Positions 42,793 to 55,968 of a DNA stretch of 64,000 nt are shown here, piece after piece. Each line of letters opens with the position of its first letter. Within the stretch, counting starts at the first letter, position 1. The DNA comes from Ptychomitrium polyphyllum (taxonomy: Eukaryota), in assembly GCA_973851085.1 (NCBI GenBank), contig OZ316775.1, forward strand, positions 10,788,001 through 10,852,000, written 5' to 3'. Below the pieces are notes generated by a model that ran no database searches, had not been told where the DNA came from, and saw nothing but the letters and a program-made list of their open reading frames with translations. The translations under genes were made by a program, and so were the position numbers.

Positions 42793-45700
42793 CTACACAC
42801 CACTTGCAGTGCATCGCAACCGAGAAAACGGGATGTTGTCCAGGGTCACAGGCGGACAAGGACCTTCTGACTGAAGCTTCTCATGATTTGCAGGGGCAAG
42901 TAGCGAATTTCCATCCACTTCTGCAAGTACCTTGAACCTGGTACCACTCAGTGAGTGAGATCTGTTTGGAGAGTCGATCCGGGTTCTCTGTGGCTGCAGA
43001 AACTCTTTAGACGTTCTAAAGCTCTCAGCTTGCTTCTGCAAGAGAACGTCGCGCCTGCACAGAAACGCCAAGCGCCCAGTTAGAAATTTGTGTGAAGATA
43101 AAGATATGGGTCATCCATGTCCAATTTGGAAAAGATACAATGAAATTGCTCAAGAACTCGAACACCTCTACCCTCCTGAAGCAAAGCAAACAACAAGATT
43201 CAAAGCCTGTACAAAAAATGACATCCCAAGTTATGAGCAATTGAACTACCGAGGAGGAGGTTCGAAGGGATACCTTAGGCCAGCTCCTATCATTTCCATG
43301 TCCAGCACTTCGTTGTCCCTGTAATACAGTTAGCATCCCGTTAACGAGTCAGCAAAGCTATTCAGCACCTTAGAAAATGAAGTACCCCACGTGCAGAAAA
43401 TGATCCAGATGCAGTTCTTCAGATTTCAAGAAGTATCGTGTCGGAGCATCGAAACCCATAATGATAATGATGCACGAGGTTTGATTTCTTGAACCACTTA
43501 CATCTTCACTTCACCGTCAACAACACTGGGTGCTTGGGTCTTTTCGTAGTTGCTACTTCGGACATGCTCAAGCTTGCTCACGAAGGAATTCAATGACGAG
43601 AGCTCTTGTCGCAGCTTGTCAACAGCAGGGTTCATAACAGACTCTCTGAAGATGTCCGACTTAAAATATGGAGATACACTCTTGGATCTCTGATGATGCG
43701 ACGTGAAAAGTGCGGGAGTCTCCGGAGATGACTTGCAGTTGACGACATCGTGGGTACTATCAGATCCAACAGGAAGTCCCTGCAAGCAATTATTTGGACA
43801 ATTCTGTAGATCTTCAAATAAATGCTATATTCAGAAAATACTGCACAATCTTCAAAATGCCTCGAATGCATTACTCAGTTCCCAACTTGAAGAGTAAGCA
43901 TTCATGAGATACACACCTTTGCAACAGCTTCCTCTCCAAACCTGGGATTCAAACTCTCCATTCCAAGCATCCGATGTTGAGCCAAATGCAGCTTACTCTG
44001 CAGCTCCTTCTGGCTCATACTGACCGTACCTTCAAGCTGGGTAAGGATCTGTGTCATCCACTCTTTTCTAGACAGAGCCTCTTCTCGTACTAGTAAAAGA
44101 TCAGTCTCCAAGTGGCGATTCAGCTTCTGTAAAGATGATACATTCTGCTTCTGGATACTTAGCTGGGAAGCCAATGCGCATGCGAGTTCATTAGCACTAC
44201 TGAGCTCATCCTTCAGAGAATCTGCAGATGAAGAGAATGCGCCGATCTTCTCTTTCATGTCTCGGAGCTCCATTTGCGTCTCTGTGAGTGAGATTCTCAT
44301 TTGCTGCTGAAGAAGTTCACCTTCTTGAACCTTGTCTTTCCACTGAGAAAGCTCTGTTTCCAAATCGCTGACCGAGTTTCTGAGCTCTAGTTCTGATGCC
44401 ATTGCGGCATCCATAGCTTTCTGTTTCCATGACTGAAGTTCCTCCTGTGATGATGCAAGTGAGGAGGTCAGCTGTAGCTGCAGCATTTCGAAGTGTTCTG
44501 CTTTCTCCTTCCACTCAAGGAGCTCATCCTTAAGAGTTCTAATAAAATTTTGGAGTTTCTCTGTCTGTGACCTAATTTCGTCAACAGCATGACGAAGTTC
44601 GTCTTCCGCCTGAGAAGCAACTGTAGCTTTCTCTTGCCATTCCTGAAGCTGAGATTGTGTCTTCGTCAACAAGCTTTGCAGCTGAAGAAGCTGGGGAGAG
44701 TGGTTTTCATTGTTCTTCGTTTTAAGCTCTGAAAGCTCCGATTTGAGTCCGGTGACGACGCTGCAAAGTTGAAGAATCTCAACACTGCTTTCTTCAATTG
44801 CGGAGTCAAACTCGTTCTTCAAGGCCTGCATTTCTGAAGCGGAGGCTGCTGCTTTCTCTTCCATCTCCGACAGAGCCCTTTCCAACTGAAGTTGCACGGA
44901 TACACGTTCTTCATCCAAAGTTTTGATCAAATCTTCGTACTCATGACTTTTCGCTATACCTTCCAATGCTTTTTCGGTCTTCTGTTTCCATACATGTACC
45001 TGGTTTTCCAAATCTTGCACCTCCTTCTCCAAATTCGCTCTCACGGACTTACCCTTTTCAGTAGCGGCTTCTGCGTTCTCTTTGCATAATTGAAGCTCCT
45101 TCATAACATTCTCATTTGCGTTCCGAAGCGATGCACACTCCTCTACAGCATCTGCTGCACTTGTCTTCCAGTTCTGCAGCTCTGCCTGAAGCTCCACCAG
45201 CTCTAGCGCACGTCTCTGACGTTCCTCAGCAACGTGATCTGCGGCATCTCTGCTCTTGACTTCGAAGTCTTTCAGTTTCTTTTCGAGCTCCAGGTGCAGC
45301 TCCTTCACCATCATGTCGTAATGTTGTCTCATATCCTCCTGCTCCATCTCGGCACATATAACTCTTTTCTTCCAGTCTTCCATCTCCAACTCCAGCTCCT
45401 TTTCCCTTAGTGATCTCTCTGAACCACATTCCTCAGTAGAGTTGCTGACTATCAACGTGCCAAGGCTATCGTGAGGTTTCATTCTCGCTGACTCCCCTCC
45501 TCCCTCTGCTGTTGATGCAACGGTTTTCCGTTTCTCCACCTCTGCGCGCAGGTTCTCAAGCTCTTCCATCCGCAGTTGATTCTCGGCATTGTTTTCTGCA
45601 ATTGCGGAGTCAAGCTCGTTCTTCCACTTCTGGACATCAGCTTCCAAATCTTCGATGGAGCCCTTGTGGTCTGATGCTTTCTGCTTCCACTCATTTAGTT

Positions 45701-46748
45701 GTACTCGCAGTTCTTCATTCTCTTTTCGTATACTCTGGAGTGAGGACTGTAACCTCGAAGAGCCCTCACTGGATTCCGTTGCCATGTCTTTCCATTTCTG
45801 CAACTCTGTGTTCAACGACTTCACTTGTTTCGCTGAGTCCTCAAACTGCCGTCTAGTATTTATTCGTTGAGCAGCAGGCATTGATGAGCGATCTTTCCGT
45901 CCTACGACTTCCTCATTGCTAAACAGTTCCTCTTTGTCCCTCTTGTTTAGCTGCTTCTTCTCTCTCGATTCTGCCAAAATTTTATCACGATGCTTTTCAA
46001 GCTCATACCTTTCTGCGTCACAAGTGCTCAATTGCCGCTGCAGAACCTCACATTCCGATCGCATTGCAAGAACAACCTCCTCGTGCTCCTGAACAGTCAA
46101 AAAAGACCGGCTAAGATTGTTCTTAGCTTCAAGCTCCCTTTGAGCATCACGAAGCCTGTCCTCCAAAAGCAATATCCTGCGTTCCGCTTTTGCATTACAC
46201 TCGCGAACATCATTCACAACCGCCTGCAGCCTCTCCAACTCTGTCGCGTTCTCTGTCAACCCCTCGATGTTTCTAAGCATGGCTGCCTTCTCCAATGCCC
46301 ATATATTCTGGCCTTCGTGAAACTGGTCCCTCATCCTGTTGTGAGCTTCTTGTAAGGACTCAAACTGCTCATTTCTCCATTTGACTTCCTCTTGCAAGAC
46401 CTTGCCATCCCGCTCTAACTTCAACAAGCTCTTCTCTCTCACATTGTACTCCTCCAATGCACACTCTGCCTTAACTCTCAATGCATTCTCTTCACCGAGC
46501 TTATTCTCAACGTTCTGTAAGTTCCTCTTCAGATTCTCTACTTGTACTTTCAAGAGTTCAATCTGCGCCAGCGAAACCTGCTCCACCTCCTCCACTAAGG
46601 AAACTTCCAAATGAGCCGGTATTTCACTGTCAGTTGCCATTGTGGACGAAACGCTCAGGTCCTGATGATTCAACTCAGCCTGTGAAGCAGTCATATTGAA
46701 TTCCAGTACTTTTGATCCCAAATCTTTCACATTCACCGACGCTCCCAT
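42793..46748 (-). CDS. Coiled-coil protein (~1140 aa), internally shortened paralog of the gene at 1-8429; At4g38062-like N-terminal motif
   Basis: Exons 46748-43917, 43779-43502, 43318-43274, 43054-42793. Blocks of near identity to gene 1 (HSPQLLQLQSLLTKTQSQLQEWQEKATV; NPAVDKLRQEL; RFKVLAEVDGNS) and the same last three intron positions. The motif EEVKWRNEQFESLQEAH...W..EK resembles At4g38062 (KLKWKKEQFKHLEEA) as recalled. Confidence 0.85.
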
Positions 46749-48519
46749 TATCAGCTCATTCTACAGGATAATCGTTCCAGCCCAAAGAAAGTTCTATGCC
46801 TGTGCACATCAAACACCAAAAGAGAATCCACACTTTCGTCACATAGTAAACAACCTTATTTCGTCAAAAACCAGTATCATGCACTCTAAAATAGCACCAA
46901 TAGCTCCGTAAGTAATAGCCTAATCGCCCTACGAAAGCCGCTACCAAAAAAACCTCTCTCTATTCACCAAAATGAAGAATGCCGCAATTAAAACGGTAAC
47001 CTGAGTTCCTGAACCATCTCTAATAAATCTTAGAAGACGATCCCACAATGAAAAAACAGCCAGACATCAAATAGGACACCGACGAAAACGATGATCTCTC
47101 TACACCTAAAACTTCAACATCAGGAATAACGAAAAAAGTCGACAAGGCGGAAAAGAGTAGTGGACCGATTCCGCAACGAGAAGAAAATCTGTATACATCC
47201 TGAAATGCTAGTAACGTCACAGCAAGGTTCGGAAAGCGGAAACGCTGATAGAAAACTCACGTAGTACTCCGCAACGGGATGGTCTCCTCCTCAACCTGCA
47301 CCTCGTACTGCCACAAGATAGCCACGGCAAGCACAAAACCCCGGTCGACAACGGATGTGAGAAGCAAACCCCAGTGCCCTCACACTCCCACGATGGCGCA
47401 GCAAACGCAGCATTTCGGAATCAAAGGGGAAAAAGGTTCCTCGCTCTGTCTCCGCCATCGGGCCTTCCAACGGTAACGGAGGTCATTACCCAAAGCCGTC
47501 GATGTCCCCGACAACCAACGTTGTTTACGAGTCTCATAGACTTCAAAGGATTGAATAAAGGGGAGAAGTAGATGTTGTTGGGTTTAGTACGATGACGCTT
47601 TTGGGGCAAGCGTGGCATTGATTGGCAGCAGCGGGAACTGCATGGAGGCGCCAAAAGGTTCCGCACAACGGATTTCAAATTCCGCTGCTGTCTACGTCGT
47701 AACGAAGTCAATCCCGGGATTTGAATTCATCGGCGGGCTGCGATGTTGTACTTGGCTGTTACTCCGTTGTTCCGTTATTGCAGCGATACTGTTTCGTAAT
47801 CATCCTTAGTCAAATTTGTGTAGAGAGGGAATAAATACAGTACACGTATCTCCTTCAATACAATTTTGTATTTTGGATTTTGATGCTTCTGATATTCTTG
47901 GTCTTTTTGAAATCAAACTTTGATCGTCAGATGTCAAGCCAGCCAGATCCCAGCATCTATATATAAAAAATCATTGCATTGCAGAAGGAGTGCATTTTCT
48001 TTCTTCATTTTTCATTTTTCAGAAAGCTCTAAGCCTGCAACATAGGATATTATAGTAGAGCTGCATATTTCTACATTCGTGCATAATTTGGATAGGAAAA
48101 ATCCTTATTCCATATTTTGTATTGTTCTCATCCATATGGAAAAATTTACTCTATACCTTATATAAAGATGGTAGCCATACTAACTAAAGAATATTATTTT
48201 GGATTTTTTTGGCAAGTTATTTTGTTTGGAGTAATTTGGAAGAAGACAAGCACCATCTTGTTTGCAAATTAGCACCCAAAGGCAAGAGGAATAAGTTTCT
48301 TGGTGAATGTTAAACACCTTTCAAGTATATTCCAACACATTAAATTCTTAAAAGACACCCTTACACCTCCATATTCATTTCAAATGCTTGCCAACCTCAA
48401 TGCCGCATTATAATGCCTTATTCCAATATCAACTTGAATGAATCAACATCTTGATTTGACCTTCTAACCAGTAAGAAACCTTTAAAGAAGATCAAAAGGA
48501 AAAACCATCATTTAGGTAC

Positions 48520-49121
48520 TGTTAGAGACACAAGAAACAAGAAGCAGAAACGAAGTGTTTCCCAAGAATTAGCTTCCAAAGAGCTAATGATTAACAAGAA
48601 CTTGATACAAAGACTAGAACAAGGCAGGATTCAAGATGTTCCACAACTTGTGTTGGCAAGACTAAGGAATACCTTGTCTTGCCTCCTATTTATACTAGGA
48701 CGTTTGTATCTCCTATGATACTTCTAAAGAAGCTTCCTACAAGGCTTAAGAATGTTCTGGAAGTCTAAGGAACCTTCCCAAGAAGTTTCCTAAGATGTTG
48801 GAACCTTCCTAAGTAGCTTCCAAGGAATTGGAACCTTCTTTGGAAGCTTCCAAGGAGTTGGAACCTTCCTTGGAAGTTTCCTAAGGTAGCGGAGCCTTCT
48901 TAGGAAGTTTCCTGAAGAGGTAGAATCTTCCTAGGAAGTTTCCTAAGGTGATGGAAGCTTCCTAGGAAGTTTTATAAGGTGGAAGAACTTTCCTGGAAAG
49001 CTTCCTAAAAACATAAAAAAGGCTATGGAGACATCTAAAAGTATTCTAAGAAACTATTCTAGTATACTAGAAGGTTTTAGAATGTTCTAAGGACTATGTT
49101 GCATGATTTATGTCTGTGATA
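48520..49121 (-). mobile_element. Solo LTR (Ty3/Gypsy family) with 5-bp TSD GGTAC
   Basis: Runs TGTTAG...GTGATA (terminal CA mutated to TA). GGTAC lies at 48515-48519 and 49122-49126. The sequence is near-identical to the LTRs at 55355, 56789 and 62329; strand is taken from the intact element. Confidence 0.92.
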
Positions 49122-49134
49122 GGTACTTATGAAA

Positions 49135-49195
49135 TCAATACCATTTAATTCAACAAGGAGTCAATACCATTTAATTCAACAAGGAGTCAATACCA
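49135..49195. repeat. Perfect 26-bp tandem duplication (2.3 copies)
   Basis: TCAATACCATTTAATTCAACAAGGAG occurs twice, followed by TCAATACCA. Confidence 0.9.
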
Positions 49196-50759
49196 TGCGG
49201 ATTAACAAGAAGCCACAACAATTTGGTTACTTAAAAAATCAATACCACATGGCTTTTTGTTTTTCTTTGAATTATTTAGCTAATTCAACCTATTTCATTC
49301 TAATAATTCCTCACTTTCAATACAATTAGTATATAAATTAAAATAGTACCATAATAAAATCAATCAAATAGCACGCTAAAAATGACAAAATAAATATACA
49401 AATGTCTATTATTTAACTCCTAAGCTACTCACATCATGATATTAAATTTAGAATATTGATTAACTAATTTTGATATAGGAGAGGAGTCAAAAATTGAAGA
49501 AATGGAAGGAAGTGGTGATTAAAAAAGAAATACTTTGAGAATCAATGTATTTGACTTTTAATACGTGTAAATAAGAACTATATGCATGCAAAAGCTTTGC
49601 CTACCTTTTATTTCAAACTTTAATTTTTGTATGCATTATTATGGTTTATCACTAAATACACAAAGTAGAACTAATTGTATCTATACTATTATCTTTTAAA
49701 ATTAGCATATCAATCACGTGAACAAATTAGTTGCAAAAACATGACCTTTGCTATTAAAAATATAGTTTTGCAAATAACAATGACAAAACATACATCGTTT
49801 GAAAATAATGTTTTTTTGCATTTAAATAACAATACAAAATTGAAGATAATTAAATTCATTTCCTATTCCATCTTTTTTATGAGAAAATCTTCAAGTATTA
49901 TGTGTTTTGTAACAATTACAAATTTAATGAGATAAAATCAATTTGTTTTTCAAAATGATTCTATTTGAAACATGTCCAATCAAACCTTATTTTTAGTTTG
50001 ATTACTCTTCATTGTAATATATACCAGTAATAAAGTTTTCTAATATTTGGAAATTACTGTCATTAGTTGAGCTTTTTAAAAACACAAAATTTTTAAGAAT
50101 CCAAATGATTTGAAAAGTTTTGTTGAAATTTTCAAAAATAAGAAATACAAAAAATCATTTATTTTTGAATTTTGAATTTTTTTTTTTTTCAAATTGGAAA
50201 GTAATAATTGAGCTATAATTCAAAGTTTCCCTATATTGAAAGAAGATCAATGAATATTTAGGAATTTAGTTCTAAAAGACATTCAAATCAATTTGAATTT
50301 AAAAAAATTCAAATATCTATAGTACATAAATAAAGATGTATTTATTTACTACTTTTTAGTTTCTGTAATTTATTTAGTTGAATACACAACATACCATATG
50401 TTTTGCTTCAATTTTATAAAATATAATGTTTGAAATTAAACAATTGTAAATCATCCTATTAAGCTAATGATTGACATCTTTCATTCATTATTATTATTAA
50501 TACTTTGACATAGATCTACTTTAGTAAATTATTTTTAACTTCCAAAAGATGGATGATTATTGTTAAAGTTAAAAATACAAGATAAGAATTGAAAACAAAG
50601 AAGTGTAAAAATTGGATTTTATATTAAAAAAAAAGAACTATAACAAGTACAAGGCCAAAAGGTTTGAGCCAAAACACAAAAAGTGTGTTGTTAAAGTTAA
50701 AGATTCCTTTAGCTTCAATTCTTATATATACTATAAATTTAGAATTCCAAGTTAGATAT

Positions 50760-53700
50760 TTTTTTACATAAATTAAAACTATTGAGCAACATATTAGATA
50801 CAAACACTCCTTCATTATATCTAAAGGCGTTATCAAAGTGTGTGTGTCACTTTTGTATTCTTTATAAGAAAAAAAGCAATGTGAAGTTTTTGATTGATTA
50901 TATAAAATATATATTTATAATATGATATAAGAAAAAATACTTTCTTACAAAAACTATAAGATAGAGTTGTTTATCCATCTTTATCTTATACAATTTATAC
51001 AATATTTATACTTTATATAAACAAATATTGAATACTTGAGACACACCTTAATCATGTTTTAATTCAAAATCATCAAATTTAAGGAATTTTATCAAGTTTG
51101 ATGGAATTAATTTCCAAAGCATGGAAGCATAATTTAAAATTAGTTCTTAAATCAAAAAAATTATTGAATTCAATGCAAGGTCAAGTAGTTTTATATTCAA
51201 CACTACCACCAATTCTTAATTGCAATATTAATCATACTTTAGCTACATGCATTGGAAGTAAAGATGATTGGTATGGAAAAGATACCAAAGCCTAATTAAT
51301 TATCACAATTTCCTTGAAATTGAACCAAGTATGTAATTTCACAACCAAACTAACCTCAAAAATAGCTTGGAATGAGTTGAGTAGATGATTTGAAGCCCAA
51401 GGCTTTATACTAAAATATACTTGAAAGAGCAGCTACTCACATTAAAGGTGAAAAGTGATGAAAGTATAACAAAGCATTTACATGCATTCAAATATTTTTT
51501 CAACCAACTGTTTGCATCTAAATCCCGTATGAATGATGAAAATGGTGTAGTAAGCTTAGTGTATAGCATGTCCTAAGCCATTGGAATTTTCTCATTTTGA
51601 TTAGGGGCTAAGTTTTTGACCTTATAAAAACTCATCATTTATTAATTTAAAGAAGATATGATGATCAAAATTTAAATAATATTATTGAAATCTCTTCATT
51701 CACAACTTCATCTATATTTGGAATGCATGGTATGTTCTAATAGAACAAACACAAATTTAAAAAGTTTCAAAATAAATCTTTTCATAATATTATTAGATCT
51801 AATAAAAAAAATAAAAATTTATTGGTTCTTATTTCCCTTAAGGTGGTTCATCAAGATCTCCTAACACCTATATTTTAAAATTTATTCATAATAAAGTATT
51901 AACTTGCATTTACTGTAGAAAAACTAATTATCATCAACAAAATTGCCGCAAACAAATTTCTAACAAAACAACTGGTAAACAACATATGAAGACACATTTT
52001 GATAAAGAACTAGTGGATGTTGTAGCATAAAATTCTAATATTACAATTTGAATTCAAAAGATGATAGATAATGGGGCTACATGCCATATGGCTCATAATA
52101 GAAAAATGTTAATTTATTATGAATCAATCTACCTTGGTTACTTTGCATATACAATTGATAGCACATCTCATGTTATTCAAGGCATTGCATATGTTGAAAT
52201 TAATTTTTGTACAAGAGTAGAAAGAATAATTTCTAAAATATTACATGTGTTGTAATTATTTTGTGATTTATTCTCAATAAAACAGTTGGCATAAGCTAGT
52301 GGTACTTTTAGCATTGCTAATACCATTGCATCTTAATACCTATTAAAAAATGATTTTTATATCTTAGGCCACTCTTTTTCTAATGAATTTAAAATCCAAA
52401 ACCAAAATAATATTTCAATTAAGGATAAATATACCTTTGTTTTAACAAATGAAAATTTTGTTTTTTATTGGCATAAATTTGTATACCATATAACATTTTC
52501 TATGTTTACAAAAATGAATGAACGACAGTTTAGTTATTGGCATTAATATGAAGCATATAAATTTGATTGAGTTTTTTTTGTAAATCTTCTATTATAAGTA
52601 AACAATACAAGAATCATTTTTTAAAGTTTTAAAATTTAAAGCTATTAAATCACTTGATTTAAGCCACTAAAATTTAAAAAAAGAATCTCATTTTAATTCA
52701 TATGATTACAATAGATATACTATTATTTACTTATTTAAACAAAAATTACAAGCATTTTTCAAATTTAAAGGATATAAAGCTTTTGTTGAAATTTATATTT
52801 GAAAGAGAGATTAAATTCTTAAAAAGTGATGGAAGTGGCAAAATTAGATCAGTTTAAAAAAATTCATATTGAACATACTAATCAATATTATGGAACAATT
52901 TTGTAAATTCCAAAATATAAAAGGGTTTTAAAGAAGAAAAACTCTAATCTTTGGAATGTTGTATTAAGCATTATTTACCATGCTAATTTTATCCTAGCTT
53001 ATTAGAGAGAAGCAATTCTAATTGCTACATATGTTCAAAATAGACTTCCTACAAAGGCATTTCAAAATATAATTCCTTATGTATTAGGAATTTGGCGTTG
53101 AACAAGTATAATCCATGTTTGTATTTTTTGGATGCACTGCTTATGCATATGTATTTAAAGAAAACCAAATAAAACCACTTTAGCTCCTAAAAGCTTAGAA
53201 TGTTGATCTTTAGGCTATTTTCCTAGCATCAAAGGATATTGCTTATAAGTCAAATTAAATAGATCCATAATTATAATCGACAATGTTATAATTAATATGA
53301 TCATTATAAATTTATAGAATCTAAAACCACTTATTATCACAATGATTTATTATTATTCTTACAATTATTAAGATCAAAAAACATATTTTCAAAATACACT
53401 TTACAGTCCAATTCTTATTCCACCTCGGCTACAATCAATTCTAGATCATGTTTGATACAAATCTAATTACAATTTATTTTATATACAAAACCTCTACAAA
53501 ATTCTTCAACTACTCGAAATATATTTTAGTCTCACAATGCAAAATAAAATTCCTCGTTTTTATTTAATATAATTGACAATTTATGGTGTGAATAAAAACA
53601 ACCATTTTATCTTGTCTTTCATGTCAATATAAAAATCTTATAAAACTTATTGAAATAACAAAAATATGGTCTTTTAAAAAGAAAACTACTTCAAAACCAA

Positions 53701-54800
53701 CACTTTTAAATATTAAATTTTAGTGATTCATTTTCTAAAAATATGATGATTGAATTTGATTTCCTATCTTATCAAAAAGTACTACCAAGTTCAAACTTCT
53801 ATGAATGGCAAGTTGTATATGATTTTGAATTTTATTCTTTATTCAAAAATAACATTTAGGAATAAACTTCTTTCCCTATTGATTAAATTTTAGTTGGTTG
53901 TAAATGGATATTTAAGACCAAATATGGTTCCAACAATACTATCCTTAAAAAAAACTCTCTTGATTGTTTAAGGTTTTTATCAACAACTAAATATAGATTA
54001 TTATGAATTTTTTTTTTAATTCCTAAAACTTCATCTTTAAGTGTATTTCTTGCTTTTGCAATCCATTATGATTTGTACATTCATATAATGGATGTTTGTA
54101 TCACATTTATTAATTGGCATTTACCAAAAAATTAAAAAAAATAAATTTTAAGAACAATAATTCTAATTAGCATTGGCATTCCTATTAGAATCCCTTGGCT
54201 TCATCAAAAGTGATGCTAATGCTAATATATATACATATACTTATTGAACTAGTTCTATTTTTATCATTTTAGTCAATTATGTATATGATATCATTTTAGG
54301 ACTATAGATTTGGCATAATTGAAGGCTCAAGGAGATCATAAGATATTAATCTATTTAATTATGGAATCTAAGTCCATAAGATAGTGACATAGATGATATT
54401 TATGTTTGGAAAGGCTTTTGGTTAATATATCTATTGCCATTTCATTTAATATACAACAAATAAGTTGTATTTAGCCATTAGCAACATGTTCTTGAATAAA
54501 ACGAACACAAATAGCAATATGTTTTGTTTTATTATGAAATTTGGAATTAAAACAAAGAAATTATAAGATGTTAATAAATTTAATATTATAGATTAAAAAT
54601 CTTAATTAGATGTTTTAAATAGGAAATGATGTTATATATATTTTTATATAGGTTAAATTTATTAAATAATACATTAGATAACACACTCTTTTATTATGCC
54701 TAGAAGCATCACCAAATGGTGTGCCACCCTCTTCTTTCTTATAAAAAGAGAAATAACATAAATTTATTAAATAATAATATAGAATGTAATTTTTCTAACA
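50760..54800 (+). mobile_element. Heavily decayed Ty1/Copia LTR retrotransposon
   Basis: Remnant motifs in Copia order: zinc knuckle CIYCRKTNYHQQNC (~51905), protease IDNGATCHM (~52064), integrase LKSDGSG (~52820), EAILIATYVQNRLP (~53010) and LGYFPSIKGY (~53210), RT VGCKWIFKTK (~53892) and HIMDV (~54082). Similar direct repeats at ~50794-50875 and ~54674-54755 are likely LTR remnants. Boundaries are approximate. Confidence 0.75.
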
Positions 54801-55354
54801 TTGTGTGGAATTTTTTTAAGAGGCTACTAATGTCATGGACATACATATTAGAAGCATTTAAAAAGGTTCTTAAAAAATTTAGGAAGCTTCCAAGGAAATT
54901 ATCTCAATCTAAGAAGCTTCCAAGCAAGTTACCTTGGCTTAGAAAGTTACTATAGAAATTACCTTGGTTTAAGAAGCTTCCAAAGAAACAACTCAAGGTT
55001 GCTTGAGTACAAAGCAATGTAGTAGAAGCTTCTCAAGAAGCTTCCAAAGCTTGTACTTCTAATATATTTAGGAGTTGAGGTTGAAGGGATCTTGAGTCGC
55101 AACAACACATCTCTTGTAGTTTAGCTCAGATCTTTTGGCCTTGTTTTTGTACCTTCTTATAGTTCATTACCTCTAAGATACTTTAGACATATCTTGTTCC
55201 ACATCCTAGAATCCTAAAGCCGTGTTTTGTAGTTATTCTATCCGTAACAGATTGCCAAGACTGTCATACAATAATATCAGAGCTTGGTCTTTCTTGATAA
55301 AGAGTAAATCACCCCTCTTGAAAGCACTACAACACTTTAGAAGTTGCAGATTAA

Positions 55355-55968
55355 TGTTAGGGACACAAGAAACAAAAAGCAGAAACAAAGTGTTTCCCAA
55401 GAATTAGCTTCCAAAGAGCTAATGATTAACAAGAACTTGATACAAAGACTAGAACAAGGTAGGATTCAAGATGTTCCACAACTTGTGTTGGCAAGACTAA
55501 GGAATACCTTGTCTTGCCTCCTATTTATACTATGACGTTTGTATCTCCAAGGATACTTCTAAAGAAGCTTCCTACAAGGCTTAAGAATGTTCTGGAAGTT
55601 TAGGGAACCTTCCCAAGAAGTTTCCTAAGAAATTGGAACCTTCCTAAGAGTCTTCCAAGGAGTTGGAACCTTCCTTGGAAGTTTCCTAAGGTAGCGGAAC
55701 TTTCTTAGGAAGTTTTCTAAAGAAGTAGAACCTTCATAGGATGTTTCCTAAGATGATGGAACCTTCTTAGGAAGTTTTATAGGAAATTACCTAAGATGAT
55801 AGAACCTTCCTAGGAAATTTCCTAAGGTCAAGGAACTTTCTTAGGAAGCTTCCTAAGAACATGGAAAGACTATGGAGACATCTAAAAGTATTCTAAGAAG
55901 CTATTATAGTATACTAGAAGGTTTTAGAATGTTCTGAAGACTATGTTGCATGATCTATGTTCGTGACA
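55355..55968 (-). mobile_element. Solo LTR inserted in the leader of the host Gypsy element
   Basis: Runs TGTTAGGGAC...TTCGTGACA with flanks ATTAA / ATTAT (4 of 5 match). Same family as 48520-49121. Confidence 0.88.

Noticed and set aside
48720..49010. Regularly spaced palindromic repeats superficially like a CRISPR array
   Set aside because: No unique spacers, eukaryotic context, and the repeats are internal to LTRs.
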